From assembly GCA_964016885.1 (NCBI GenBank), contig OZ024740.1, positions 78,058,001 to 78,122,000 of the forward strand: a stretch of DNA of 64,000 nucleotides, written 5' to 3'. The stretch's first letter is position 1. Each line of letters starts with the position of its first letter. Below, piece after piece: positions 12,410-24,640 of this stretch. The notes beneath the pieces were generated by a model. It was not told the origin of the DNA and did no database searches. It worked only from the letters and a program-made list of their open reading frames with translations. The position numbers and the translations under genes are program-made. This DNA is from Eledone cirrhosa. Taxonomy: Eukaryota.

Positions 12410-12830
12410 TACCAGTTAGCCAACCAGTCAGTCACCCAACCATTTTAGGAACCAACCAATTCAGCAATTAACCAACCTGCTAGTCACCCAACCAACTCAG
12501 CAATTAACCACCAGCTAGTTAACCAACACAACAACCATCCAACCAATTCAGCAATTAATCAACCAGCCAGTCACCCAAGCAACTCAGCAATAAACCTACT
12601 AACCAGTCACCCAACCAACTAACCAGTCACCCAACCAACTAACCAGTCACCCAACCAACTAACCAGTCACCCAACCTACTAACCAGTCACCCAACCTACT
12701 AACCAGTCACCCAGCCAACTAACCAGCCAACCAGCCAGTCACCTAATCAACTAGCCAGTCACCCAACCAACTCAGCAATTAACCACCAACCAGCAGTCAA
12801 CTAACGAGTCTACCAACCCAGCAACCAGCC
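12410..12830. repeat. 20-bp minisatellite (aaccagtcacccaaccaact)n
   Basis: About 6 near-perfect units at 12601-12720 with degenerate units on both sides. Confidence 0.9.
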
Positions 12831-13022
12831 ACACAACACACCAATACTCTAGCTAAGCAACCAAGAGTACGTCTTTCTATCATAGGTCTATATGTAGCTC
12901 CGTAAGGTATAAACATACGTTTAAGTGTCTGTACATTTCCAGATAGCAATTGGATGTGTATACATATACCTGTCTTCGTGAAACCTTTGGTAAATGGAAT
13001 AATTGTATTGTTGTTTATTACA

Positions 13023-13066
<44 letters not shown>

Positions 13067-13175
13067 ATAATCATCATCATCATACATATATATATCATCA
13101 TCATACATATATATATCATCATCATACATATATATATCATCATCATCATCATATATATATCATCATCATCATCAT

Positions 13176-13219
<44 letters not shown>

Positions 13220-13330
13220 TCATCATAGATATATATAATTATGTAATGAACAACACAATACAATTATTCCATTTACCAAAGGTTTCACGAAGACAGGCGA
13301 GCTCAACAGAGACGTCTGAAATCGTTCATC

Positions 13331-13400
13331 TCCTTTCTGATGAAGATTTCAGACATCTCTGTTGAGCTCGCCTGTCTTCGTGAAACCTTTGGTAAATGGA
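13331..13400 (+). ncRNA. Type I hammerhead ribozyme motif, family H1
   Basis: tccttt-CTGATGA-(stem II a[c]ga..agac/gtct..tcgt)-GAAAC-cttt-GGTA-aatgga; stem I pairs 5 of 6; in the right arm of the fold-back 13232-13434. Confidence 0.65.
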
Positions 13401-13681
13401 ATAATTGTATTGTTGTTTATTACATAATTATATAACTCTGTACCATACATAGAGCACTCTCCCTTCCTTTACCCTTTCTACGGAAATACTTTATATATAT
13501 ATATATATAAATATATATACACACACAAACACACACACACACACATATGTGTGTGGGTCTATATATGTGTATATGTCTGTGTGTTTACATACCCAATAAC
13601 ATATTTACTACTATTTACATAAGCTATTAGACAAGTGTGTATGTGTGTGTGTGTATATATATATATATACATACACTATAT

Positions 13682-13790
13682 AATTATTTCTACTTTTGGC
13701 AGAAGGCCAGCAATTATCACAGGGTATTACTGGTACTTTATTTTATCAACCCCATAAGGATGAAAGGCAAAGTTAACCTCGGCGGGATTT
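13682..13790 (-). mobile_element. SINE family A, 3' part
   Basis: ctggtactttattttatcaaccccataaggatgaaaggcaaagttaacctcggcgggattt plus tail. Confidence 0.75.
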
Positions 13791-14186
13791 GTGTGTATAA
13801 TATTGTTATGAGTCCATTGAAAGAAACACGTATACACATATCAATACATATGCAAACACGCTCGAATCAAACATGTTTTCTATTAATATCCTCACCTCAC
13901 CCCACACTTTTCCTCTCCTTCCCTTCTATCTCATTCTCTTTTACACACGCATGCGTATATTTGTGTGTGTATATATATATATGTGTGTGTGTGTATATAT
14001 ATATATGTGTGTGTGTATATATATATGTGTGTATATATATGTGTATGTACATATATATATATATGTGTATGTATATATATATATATGTACATACACACAC
14101 ATATATATGTGTGTGTATGTATATATATATATGTGTGTGTGTGTATATATATATATACATATATATATGTGTGTGTGTGTGTGTGA

Positions 14187-14219
<33 letters not shown>

Positions 14220-14711
14220 AATATATATATATATATGTGTGTGTGTGTGAATATATATATATATGTGTGTATGTATATATATATATATACACACACACCT
14301 GGTACCTTAGCCATTCTGATCCACCCTGTCACTACCGCGCCCCCATGTCATTGTAAGCCATCCATCATCTGGTGTGTGGGACACACCAATATTTAAGTTA
14401 TTAGCAGGCACCCCTGCTGTTGTTGTTGAACCGCCTCTCCCTCCCACTGGTGTGATGTGAAATATGTCGGGTTATGTTGGTATTGGTGGTGATGCAGGTA
14501 AATATTGGGTCTCTAGGGAACCATGAAACAACAACCTGTATTATTATTATTATCGATTCCTACTTAAATCAGAAGATTGTGTATGACAAAATGCCTTGCG
14601 ATATTTTTTTCGGCTGTTTCCGTTGTGTGTTCAATACCCACCGAGGTCAACTTTACCTTTCGTGAATCCGAGTTCTTTAAAATAAAGTAGTAGTCAAGTA
14701 CTGATAGTGAA

Positions 14712-14827
14712 GGCCCGTGGCTTAGAGGTTATAGAGTTGCATTCGCAATCGTTAGGTAACGAGTTCAATTCTCGGACCGGGTGAAGTGTTGTGTCCTTGA
14801 GCAAGACACTTTATTTCACATTGCTCC
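14712..14827 (+). mobile_element. tRNA-derived SINE family C fragment
   Basis: gtggcttagaggttatag (A box), gagttcaattc (B box), gtgtccttgagcaagacactttatttcac. Confidence 0.6.
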
Positions 14828-15305
14828 TTCTGCCAGGAGTTGCAACCGGTAGATAGTATCAGGAATGGAAAGACCAAAATATTCTTTCCTTGGTCCGATT
14901 TGACGAGGTCCGCCCCACTCGGCAGGAGAATTTGGTCTGGGATCTTGTAGATCGATCACAGCGAACTAGTCAAGTATTTGGATCAGTTTAATTGACTAAC
15001 CCTGCCTTGTATCGATATGAGAAACAAATATCAATCATTACAGGTTGAGAAACTTAAATCCGGCACAAACTGGTCTAGCAACTTCCATTGTCCGGCACCT
15101 TTTGAATCTGCTATGTTTTGAGTTTTAGACTTTAAATTACACGAAACAATAAAACCATTCTTAGAAGGATTTTTTCTTGTTTTAAGTTCTGTTTTAGTAT
15201 TGATAATATATATATATATATACGTTATTCCGGGTTGAATCGGAGGTAACCACAGTAAGTGAGGTACTCAATACATAGCAGAGTATAAAAGTTTTAATAT
15301 AGATG

Positions 15306-15356
15306 AGATTCTACAGGACTAGAACTGTTTCATTCTTTAGAAATCATCAGGAATCT
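15306..15356 (-). ncRNA. Type I hammerhead ribozyme motif, family H2
   Basis: Minus strand agattc-CTGATGA-tttctaaagaat-GAAACAG-ttctagtc-CTGTA-gaatct; stem I 6 bp perfect, stem III ACAG/CTGT, GUA triplet. Confidence 0.8.
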
Positions 15357-15878
15357 GGGTATCAAAATATAAATATGGTATTTATAGGTCTCTTCAGGTG
15401 GTAGGAGAGGGTAGGGAGTGGGATGGGTAGAGGTCATTGGTTGATAGAAAAGGGAATTCATTAAAAGCTAATTCTTTGAAGCTATCATTTATATTTAGAG
15501 TAACAAAGGCAGAAAGAATTCTATAAACAAATTCAGAATGGGGTGCCACTCCTTATTTTTAAGTTTCTCTTAAGATAACAATGCCTATATTTCAGGTGTC
15601 TATAAGATCATTGGGGTCAGTCATGGTTGATGGATTTAAAGAAAAGGGAAATTCTTTAAAAGCTAATTCTTTAAGGTTCTACTTAGTGACAAAGGCCTAG
15701 AGAATTCTAGAGACCAGTTCAAAATATTGAGTGCATATCATACCATTATCTTCAAATTTCTCTTAAACTATATTCCAAAAGTCAACAGACACATTCACAA
15801 ACACACACACACACACACTCGCACCCCCCCCATATATATATATATATATATAATACATATACACACACGCATATATAT

Positions 15879-15909
<31 letters not shown>

Positions 15910-16385
15910 GACACGTGCACACATATATACATATATATATATATATACACATATATATATATACACACGCACACATACACATACATATATATATATATAT
16001 TTATATACATACACACATATATATACACATACACATATATATACACATACACATATATATATATACACACACACACATATACATATATATATATATACAC
16101 ACACATATATACATATATATATATATATACACATATATATATATGTATGTATGTAAGTACACGTACATACATATATGTATACAGACGTACAGTAGTATGT
16201 ATATATATATACATGCACACATATATATATATATGCACGTATCGGTTTACGAACATTTATTATAATGCTCGGTTTGTTTGTTTGTAAACTGAACTCACTC
16301 GATATGCAAATTAGGCTGCTCAGCCGTTAATATGCATAAGGAAAGTATATACTTTCAGACGTTCAACCATCTGGCATGAAGGTAT

Positions 16386-16428
16386 ACGATGCTGACGATA
16401 GCTAATAAGCTTGAAACTAGTACAGCGT
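16386..16428 (+). ncRNA. Type I hammerhead ribozyme motif, family H3
   Basis: acgatg-CTGACGA-tagctaataagctt-GAAAC-ta-GTA-cagcgt. Confidence 0.7.
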
Positions 16429-16743
16429 TCCTGTGTCAGCGTTGAACAAAAGGTGACGTGGTTGCCTAAACACTGTACGGCGTAATTCAAACTGTTTGTT
16501 TGTTTACAAACAAACGTGCACATATATATGTGTGCATGTATATACTACTGTACGTCTGTATACATATATGTATGTATAATACATACATACTTAGATTTAA
16601 GTAAGTGCCGTACTAAGAGTGAGAAATGAAATTTCGTTTCATTCTATTCTCTCTCTCTCTCTCTCTCTCTCTCTACATACAAACACATATACACATACAC
16701 ACACACATATATACACACATACACGTGGCACATATACACACAC

Positions 16744-16780
<37 letters not shown>

Positions 16781-16847
16781 CATACACATACACAGACACA
16801 TACATACACACATACATACACACATACATACATACATACATACATAC

Positions 16848-17458
16848 ATGGTGGCTGCCAACTCGTTTTCGAGTACGGCCACTACTTTATATCCATGTAG
16901 GAGAACCCCTACCGATGCGCTGAACGAGTGTGACTTTTTAGTCTAGCCAGCGACTTGAAAACTCTGGTACAAACACTACACTTGTGACAATTATTGACAC
17001 ATAGTGCTGGGCCCATGGTACCATGTGACGACAAGTGCAGAGAGATCTCCAGATATAAAGTAATGCCTGTGCCGTGAAGCTTTTATAGTGAGCAAAGGCA
17101 CTGCACAAAGCCAGTCCCACTCTCTTAACCAAGATGATATTTACCAAAAAGAAGAACAAGTCAACATCATTGGATACCATCAGCGTTGCAGGTGTTATAT
17201 CAGAGTTTTCCTTCTCCTAGAATTCTGCCTTGACAAAGGCTAAGGGGTCATCTCTCCCGGTGATTGTGGATGGCCATTGACTCTTAAGAGCTCCTTTGCC
17301 CTTTGACAGGTTTTGTTTTTACTCCTGCAGGATGTCCAAAGTCACCCTCCTCACTAAGAAACCTTGGTGGGGTTGCCAGTTTAGTCGCCAACGACCCGAC
17401 CATGAGACAGGTTGTACTGGGATACATGTTACCAGTAGCACCAACTGGTGACCTGACA
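16848..17458 (-). mobile_element. ~610-bp non-autonomous RTE-derived unit, full length
   Basis: Reverse complement of 45558-46168; encodes a terminal C2H2-like peptide [23 protein letters not shown]; flanked by (CATA)n. Confidence 0.8.
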
Positions 17459-17775
17459 CATGCATACATACATACATACATACATACATACATACGCATA
17501 CACACATATATACGTGGAAAAGTAAGAAATCGGAGAACAGACCGCCAAAACATGTCCACCCAAAACAGCGCCCACGCACGTCTCGCCCAGCCGGGCCCCC
17601 CAAGGACACAAATAACCAAAAGTACCCCCCCACACTGCTCGGAAAGAGCCCCTGCGGCCAAACCCATGCCAAGGCTCACTGCTCGCATGTGTGTATGTGT
17701 ATGTATGTGTATATGTATATGTATGTGTGTGTGTATATGTATATGTGCATATGTGTATGTGTGTATATATATATA

Positions 17776-17810
<35 letters not shown>

Positions 17811-18583
17811 ATATGTATGTATATGTGTTTGTATGTGTGTATATATATATATATGTGTATATATATGTGTGTGTGTATATATATATATATGTGTAAGTGT
17901 ATATATATGTGTGTATGTGTGTATACATATGTGTGTATATATACATGTGTGTGTGTGTATATATATATATATGTGTGTATATATATATGTGTGTATATAT
18001 ATATATATGTGTGTATATATATATGTGTGTATATATATGTGTGTGTATATGTGTGTGTGTGTATGTATATATGTGTGTATATATATGTATATGTATATAT
18101 GTGTGTATATGTATATATATGTGTGTGAGTGTGTGTTTTGTGAATGTGTCTGTTGACTTTTGGAATATAGTTTAAGAGAAATTTGAAGATAATGGTATGA
18201 TATGCACTCAATATTTTGAACTGGTCTATAGAATTCTCTAGGCCTTTGTCACTAAGTAGAACTTTAAAGAATTAGCTTTTAAAGAATTTCCCTTTTCTTT
18301 AAATCCATCAACCATGACTGACCCCCCAACGATCTTATAGACACCTGAAATATAGGCATTGTTATCTTAAGAGAAACTTAAAAATAAGGAGTGGCACCCC
18401 ATTCTGAATTTGTTTATAGAATTCTTTCTGCCTTTGTTACTCTAAATATAAATTATAGCTTTAAAGAATTAGCTTTTAATGAATTCCCTTTTCTATCAAC
18501 CAATGACCTCTACCCATCCCACTCCCTACCCTCTCCTACCACCTGAAGAGACCTATAAATACCATATTTATATTTTGATACCC

Positions 18584-18627
18584 AGATTCCTGATGATTTC
18601 TAAAGAATGAAACAGTTCTAGTCCTGT

Positions 18628-18634
<7 letters not shown>
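18584..18634 (+). ncRNA. Hammerhead motif, family H2, second copy
   Basis: agattc-CTGATGA-tttctaaagaat-GAAACAG-ttctagtc-CTGTA-taatct (1 mismatch in stem I), then (CT)n. Confidence 0.7.
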
Positions 18635-18709
<75 letters not shown>

Positions 18710-19029
18710 CTTGTCTGATGAACCTGTGATAAACAAGCGAAACTCGAAAGGTTACTCAGCCTTAATAAAATTAATATATATATATATATATTCTGTGTGG
18801 TAAAACTATGGTTAAATAGTCTCCTGTTTTATCACCGCATTTTCCCATTGTTGGACTGTGACCTGGAACAAAGTTTGCTGGATTTAAGAGCTCCAACCTA
18901 TATCAGACTTAGCAGAGTAGAATTTAGCTAGAAATATTTGCACCCTGTTTTCAAATTCTGTGGAGGTCAACTTTGCTTTTAATCGGAGTTCAATCAATTA
19001 ATACCAATTAATACCTCCGCTGCTAATTA

Positions 19030-19810
19030 GGTCACTCAGATAGCAGAAGCTATCAACCACGTCTATGGATCCTTCCTGTGACTGGAAAAGGTTTATATCA
19101 TTAGCACTCTTATAGTGCCTTATTTTTAGCTAGGAACCTCTCTTGATGTTGCCTCACTAAGACGAGGGGATCTGTAGTACTTTTCCCAGGCATGAAACTA
19201 AACTGCATCTCATCTATTTTGATTCCTTCCCTAATTAACCGCACTATAACTCTTTGTCTCTTTCATAACTTGGTCCATTAGTTTTATTCCTCTATAGTTG
19301 TTCCTTTCGAGAGTATTACCTTTGACCTTGTAGCAATTTATGATTGCACTGCTGTGCCTATCATTGGTTATGACGCCGTCATATATTATTTGCTTTACTA
19401 TACGGGTTACAATTTTTATTCCTACCTGTTCTGATGCTTTCAGCAACTATTTCTGATGGTCCCACAGCTTTACCATTCTTCGTCTCCTGATTGCATTTTT
19501 GACCCTAAAACTATCAACTTCAATAGTTGGTCTTTCGTTTGGGTAATTTGGGGGAAGTTTCCCTTCCTCCCATTCATTCTCTACATTCATCAATTTCTCA
19601 TAGTAATATTTCCAGGCCTCTTTCTTTTGGACGTAAGTGGTGCTTAGTCCACCAGCATCATTTCTAACACATTTCTCCCCAACAGCATCACACTAACACA
19701 TTGCCTTGCAATACGGAACTCTTCACGTCTCAAGACATTGGCAAATTTACTTCATTCAGTTTCTCTCTGAGCTATGTATACCTGTCGACAAGCTGCTTTC
19801 TTAGCTACTT
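19030..19810 (-). pseudogene. RTE-clade reverse transcriptase fragment, degraded
   Basis: MLKA...IINCYKVKGNTLERNNYRGIKLM matches the RTE RT N-terminal motif K.KG....NYRGI.L. Confidence 0.75.
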
Positions 19811-19952
19811 ATATATATTTGAAACGGGGATAAAGTTCTATACAAAACAAAGGTTATAATTAAAGTGTGAAGGTGAAAATGCACAGATGTATATTTAAAG
19901 ATTATTTTCTCTTTAATCCAACAGAATGAATAATTATATAATTGTTGCATTA

Positions 19953-19995
19953 AATATGACCGGTTTCTATTGGTATAACAACTTCATCAAATATT
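19953..19995 (-). ncRNA. Hammerhead motif, family H5, with C3U core change
   Basis: aatat-TTGATGA-agttgttataccaata-GAAAC-cg-GTC-atatt; stem I perfect 5 bp, palindromic stem III ACCGGT; inside inverted repeat 19862-20184. Confidence 0.55.
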
Positions 19996-20181
19996 AGGTA
20001 TTAAATATTTTTTTAATGTGTGTTTCATATATTCTGTGAGCAGTGCGAATATATGTTAAGTTTCTGTCAAAATTCCTCCTTATGAATATGTATAAGAAAA
20101 TGTTTAATGTAACAATTATAAAATTATTCATTCTGTCGGATTACAGAAAAAATAATATACTTCTTTGCATTTTCACCTTCA

Positions 20182-20223
<42 letters not shown>

Positions 20224-22256
20224 GTGTGTGTACAGAGAGGGGAGAGAGAGATTTTGTGTGTATGCACGTGAATGTATGTGTGAAAAATGTGATTTTGTGT
20301 GTGTTCTCTTAACGTTTACCCTTCATGTCTGAGGTGTGTGCATATTATGATTGACATTTGTCAGTTGTTTTCTATCCCAGTACCCCACCAGCTCCCACCC
20401 CAAGCAACTTCGCCACCAGCTCCCACCCCAAAGCAACTTCCCTATCACTTCCACTACACCTTACCGTCAGGATCTAATTAATAAAGCAATTAAAATCTGC
20501 AGTTACCTGTAAAACCTACTTACTCCCTTCCACTGCTTCCATCACCACAGCAACCACGATGAAGACCACCACCAGCAACAACAACAACCCTTAGCAACAC
20601 CCTGCCAACAACTAAATGCCCAACATTAAACTACCATCACAGCACCCTGTTATTAAACCTCCCCCCACCACTAGCACCACAATAACCACTGTCAATACTA
20701 TACTACCAACCATCATAATTAACACCAACACCAACACAACCACCCCTAATACTACCACCACCACAATCACCACCACCTCTGCCACCATCGTCACAATCAC
20801 TAACAGCACCCTTACCACCACCACTCTGACATGAACCCTCTCCCCCTTATCCCCAACCATGGCTACCCTATTATAAGCCCCCCCCCTCCCCCCGTCAGTA
20901 CCCTGTACCACGAACAACCACCCCTTACAACATGTACTTTTGTCATCAAATCTACCCCCTCCCCTCAAACCACCATCACACCATCACACTCGAATCGCTC
21001 ATCTGGAAAATAAGTCTCAGCCTGCTTTATTTTTATTGCATCAGTAAATCTTCGCACATACACACATACAGACATACACACATACAAACAGGTAGACTTA
21101 CATACAAAAGTACGCATACAAATACACACGCGCATACAAATACACACGCGCATACATACAAACGTACACACACAAATAGACATACACACACATACATACA
21201 GACTTACATACAAACGTACGCGCACACACGCATATATACAAACGTACACACATACACACACACATACAGACATACATACAAACGTACGCATACAGACAGA
21301 CACACTCATATATACAAACGTACACGCACACATACAAACACGCACACAGACATACACGCATTCAAACACACATGCATACTTACAAACATACACACACCGA
21401 TCAAACATACACTCACAAATATAGACGTACACACACGCATACAAACATACAGAAACACTCCACATATACAGACACATACACTCATACACACACTGAATCA
21501 CTCGTCAATTTCTGTCTTCTTTTTCTTTCCTTTTCTTTTCTTCTTTCCTTTTTCCTTTCTTCTTTTCTCCTTCTTTTTTCCTTTTTTTCTTTTTCCTCTT
21601 TTTCTTGTGTTACCACTGCATTACCAAACACTGCTCTCTGCACCTTCGTATGTGCAGTGTTGTATCTATTGTATTGAAAGGTACTCTTTGTAATATCTGT
21701 GCAGTGCCTCCTATTAGTGCTATTTATACATGCTGTATATATTTGCAAGTTCTGGGGTTTTGGTTACGTATCTGTCTTTGTGTTGTTTTTTTTATCATTC
21801 CCAAAGCACCCATTAACATAGGCATTGTTTCTATTTACAACATCTACATTCTGGTTATATCTAACTCTAGAGCTTGATACATTCAATTAGAAGACATCTT
21901 TTTCTTCTTTGTTGTCTTTGACTATAATATCTGGTGGTCGGTTGGTTTCGATCTCCCTGTCTGTGAGTATTGGCGTACCCCAGAGTGTGGTTGCTTTGTC
22001 ATTCTCTGACACCTTTCTGATGTGAAATGGGCTCAACTAATGAATTATGAGTAACTATAGAATTACGAGATATGTTTCTTGAAGAAATACAAAAGAGAGA
22101 ATACATATCTGATATACTGTGTGTGTGTGTGTGTGTGTGTACGTATTCTCTTTTAGATCTGTAGATCCATGTATACACACATATGTGAATGGAATTTGAT
22201 AAATCGAAACTTCAGAAGACTGTCGCGCGCGTTTGTGTGTATGTGTATATATACAG

Positions 22257-22284
<28 letters not shown>

Positions 22285-22287
<3 letters not shown>

Positions 22288-22589
22288 TGTACCCCCGGCA
22301 ATCGCGGTCCCGATTATTCGCGGAATGGTAAATATCTGACACGAATTTTTAATGGTTTTTTCGTGGCAATATATATATTTTTTAACGCTAATTTATTAAT
22401 AACTATATACCGTATTTGCCGGCCTATTGGGAGCCCCTTCGCATGAGACGCTCTCTCTTTTTTTTTAATTATATTTTATTTTATGCTTTGACGTTTATTG
22501 GCATTTTATGGACCACGTCTAATATTCGCGGTTTTACATTCTTCGTGGGTAGTCTAGGAACGTAACCCCCGCGAATACCGGGAGACTAC

Positions 22590-22591
<2 letters not shown>
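22285..22591. mobile_element. pogo/Tigger-like MITE
   Basis: TIRs cagtgtacccccggcaatcgcgg / ccgcgaataccgggagactactg with subterminal ttcgcgg repeats. Confidence 0.7.
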
Positions 22592-22622
<31 letters not shown>

Positions 22623-22900
22623 GCGTGTGCGTGTACATCTATATGCATATTATTTATTTATATATATATATATATATGTTCGTATATGCATTTATAAATA
22701 TTGATATATATGGATACATGTGTGAAGAGAGAAGTCAACGTTTTTCTATCTCCCTCTCTTACCATCCCCAACCTCACATCGCCACTCTTCTATTTACATT
22801 ACAAACAAACTCTGCTCAACCAAATAATCTGCTATTTCTTTAACATTTCAACCGTCCCCTCGCCCATCTCTCTCTTTCCATATCTGCGATGTTGTATACC

Positions 22901-22960
<60 letters not shown>

Positions 22961-22964
<4 letters not shown>

Positions 22965-23180
22965 GTGTCCCCCAAAATGTATACACACTTTGATTACCTG
23001 TACAGGCAATATTATTAGAATGCTGTTGTAGTGCGTATACATTTTGGGGGGAGACCCAGTACAAACCCACACACCACACACACAGAGTGTCCCCAAAAAT
23101 GTATACACACTTTGATTACCTGTACAGGCAATATTTATTAGAATGCTGTTGTAGTGCGTATACATTTTGGGGGGAGACCC

Positions 23181-23184
<4 letters not shown>
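22961..23184. mobile_element. Two tandem ~100-bp Tc1/mariner-type MITEs within (CA)n
   Basis: TIR cagggtgtcccccaaaatgtatacacact / agtgcgtatacattttggggggagacccag-TA; copies at 22961-23061 and 23083-23184. Confidence 0.8.
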
Positions 23185-23253
<69 letters not shown>

Positions 23254-24021
23254 CAACAGTTTCCCTTTTTTGCAAAACGATCGTATTTACGTCCACGAAA
23301 CGGTTTGGTAATGAAAAATTAAGTCAAACTGTTAATATAAATATTCTGATTTTTCCTATTATGTGTTAACTGCCCCTTTTTCTCGCTTATACTCAAACTT
23401 GAGTGTGTATTTCTCAATGTCACCATTATCACTGTTATTAACACCACCACCACCATTATTTAACATCAGACTAATTATTTACTTGCATCATTTCCTCACT
23501 TCCTACCAACCCTCTCCTTAACTCCACCCCCACCTTTTCATTTGTGCTCTACCTTCTATTTGCAGATAACCTTCCTCCCATTGTTCTGTATTGTATGCGT
23601 GCGTGTTTATCTTCCAATAAAATAATATCCCAAATAGAGAGGGGCGTGGCTCTTACCTAGCCAATCAATGTTGTTAGTGAAAGTGAAAGTATTTAATATC
23701 AATCAGCACATCCTTTATTTGTAGTAGAAACACGACCAGCAAGCATCCACTGATAAAGGTGTCATCTATTATGATAACCCGGAGCCCTATATCTTGTCGT
23801 TCAGTTTGCTAGAAATAGAAAACAAATTTCCCAAATATTGTTTTTAAAAAAAAACAAGATAATTTAACAAAAAAAACAACAAGAATTTAAGTACATGTTC
23901 ATATTATATGCATATTATATATATATAATATGCATATACCTACCCCCCCCCCCACTCTCCTGAGCGTGAATTTAATAAACATCGTACTGCCTCTCTGTTC
24001 TGTCCCTGTTCAATTTTTCAT

Positions 24022-24058
<37 letters not shown>

Positions 24059-24083
24059 CTGTGTGTGTGTATATATATATATA

Positions 24084-24108
24084 TATGTATACAGACGTAC
24101 AGTAGTAT

Positions 24109-24152
<44 letters not shown>

Positions 24153-24571
24153 CATGCACACATATATATATGTACGTATGGATTCACCGAACATTTATTA
24201 TAATGCTCGGTGTGTTTGTAAACAAACATCCCGAATTAAGCCGTACAGTGTCTAGCAACCATCGTTGCTCATTTGTTCAACACTGACAAAGGAACGCTGT
24301 AGTAGTTTCAAGCTTATTAGCTATCGTCAGCAACGTATACCTTCTTGCCAGATGATTGAACGTCTGAAAGTATATACTTTCCTTATGTATATTAACGGCT
24401 GAGCAGCCTAATTTGCATATCGAGTGAGTTAATCGGCCGGGGTACCGAAAACGATAAACGGAAAAAATGAAACGAAATTTCATTTCTCACTCTTAGTACG
24501 GCTGTTACTTAAATATAAGTATGTATACAGACGTACAGTAGTATGTATGTATATATATATATATACATACA

Positions 24572-24640
<69 letters not shown>

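Larger units (their letters stand above)
15312..18628. repeat. Long inverted repeat with ~490-bp arms (15312-15800 / 18137-18628), H2 element
   Basis: Near-identical reverse-complement arms; both give the pseudo-ORF start [25 protein letters not shown] on opposite strands. Confidence 0.9.

Noticed and set aside
12601-12720. Regular 20-bp repeats as a CRISPR-like array
   Set aside because: No spacers, eukaryotic context; simple minisatellite
20500-21600. Thr-rich and His/Thr-rich ORFs
   Set aside because: Low-complexity (ACC)/(CA) repeats only
23638-23670. GC-box plus CCAAT (ggggcgtggc...agccaatca) as a promoter
   Set aside because: Short motifs with no associated exon or CpG-rich region
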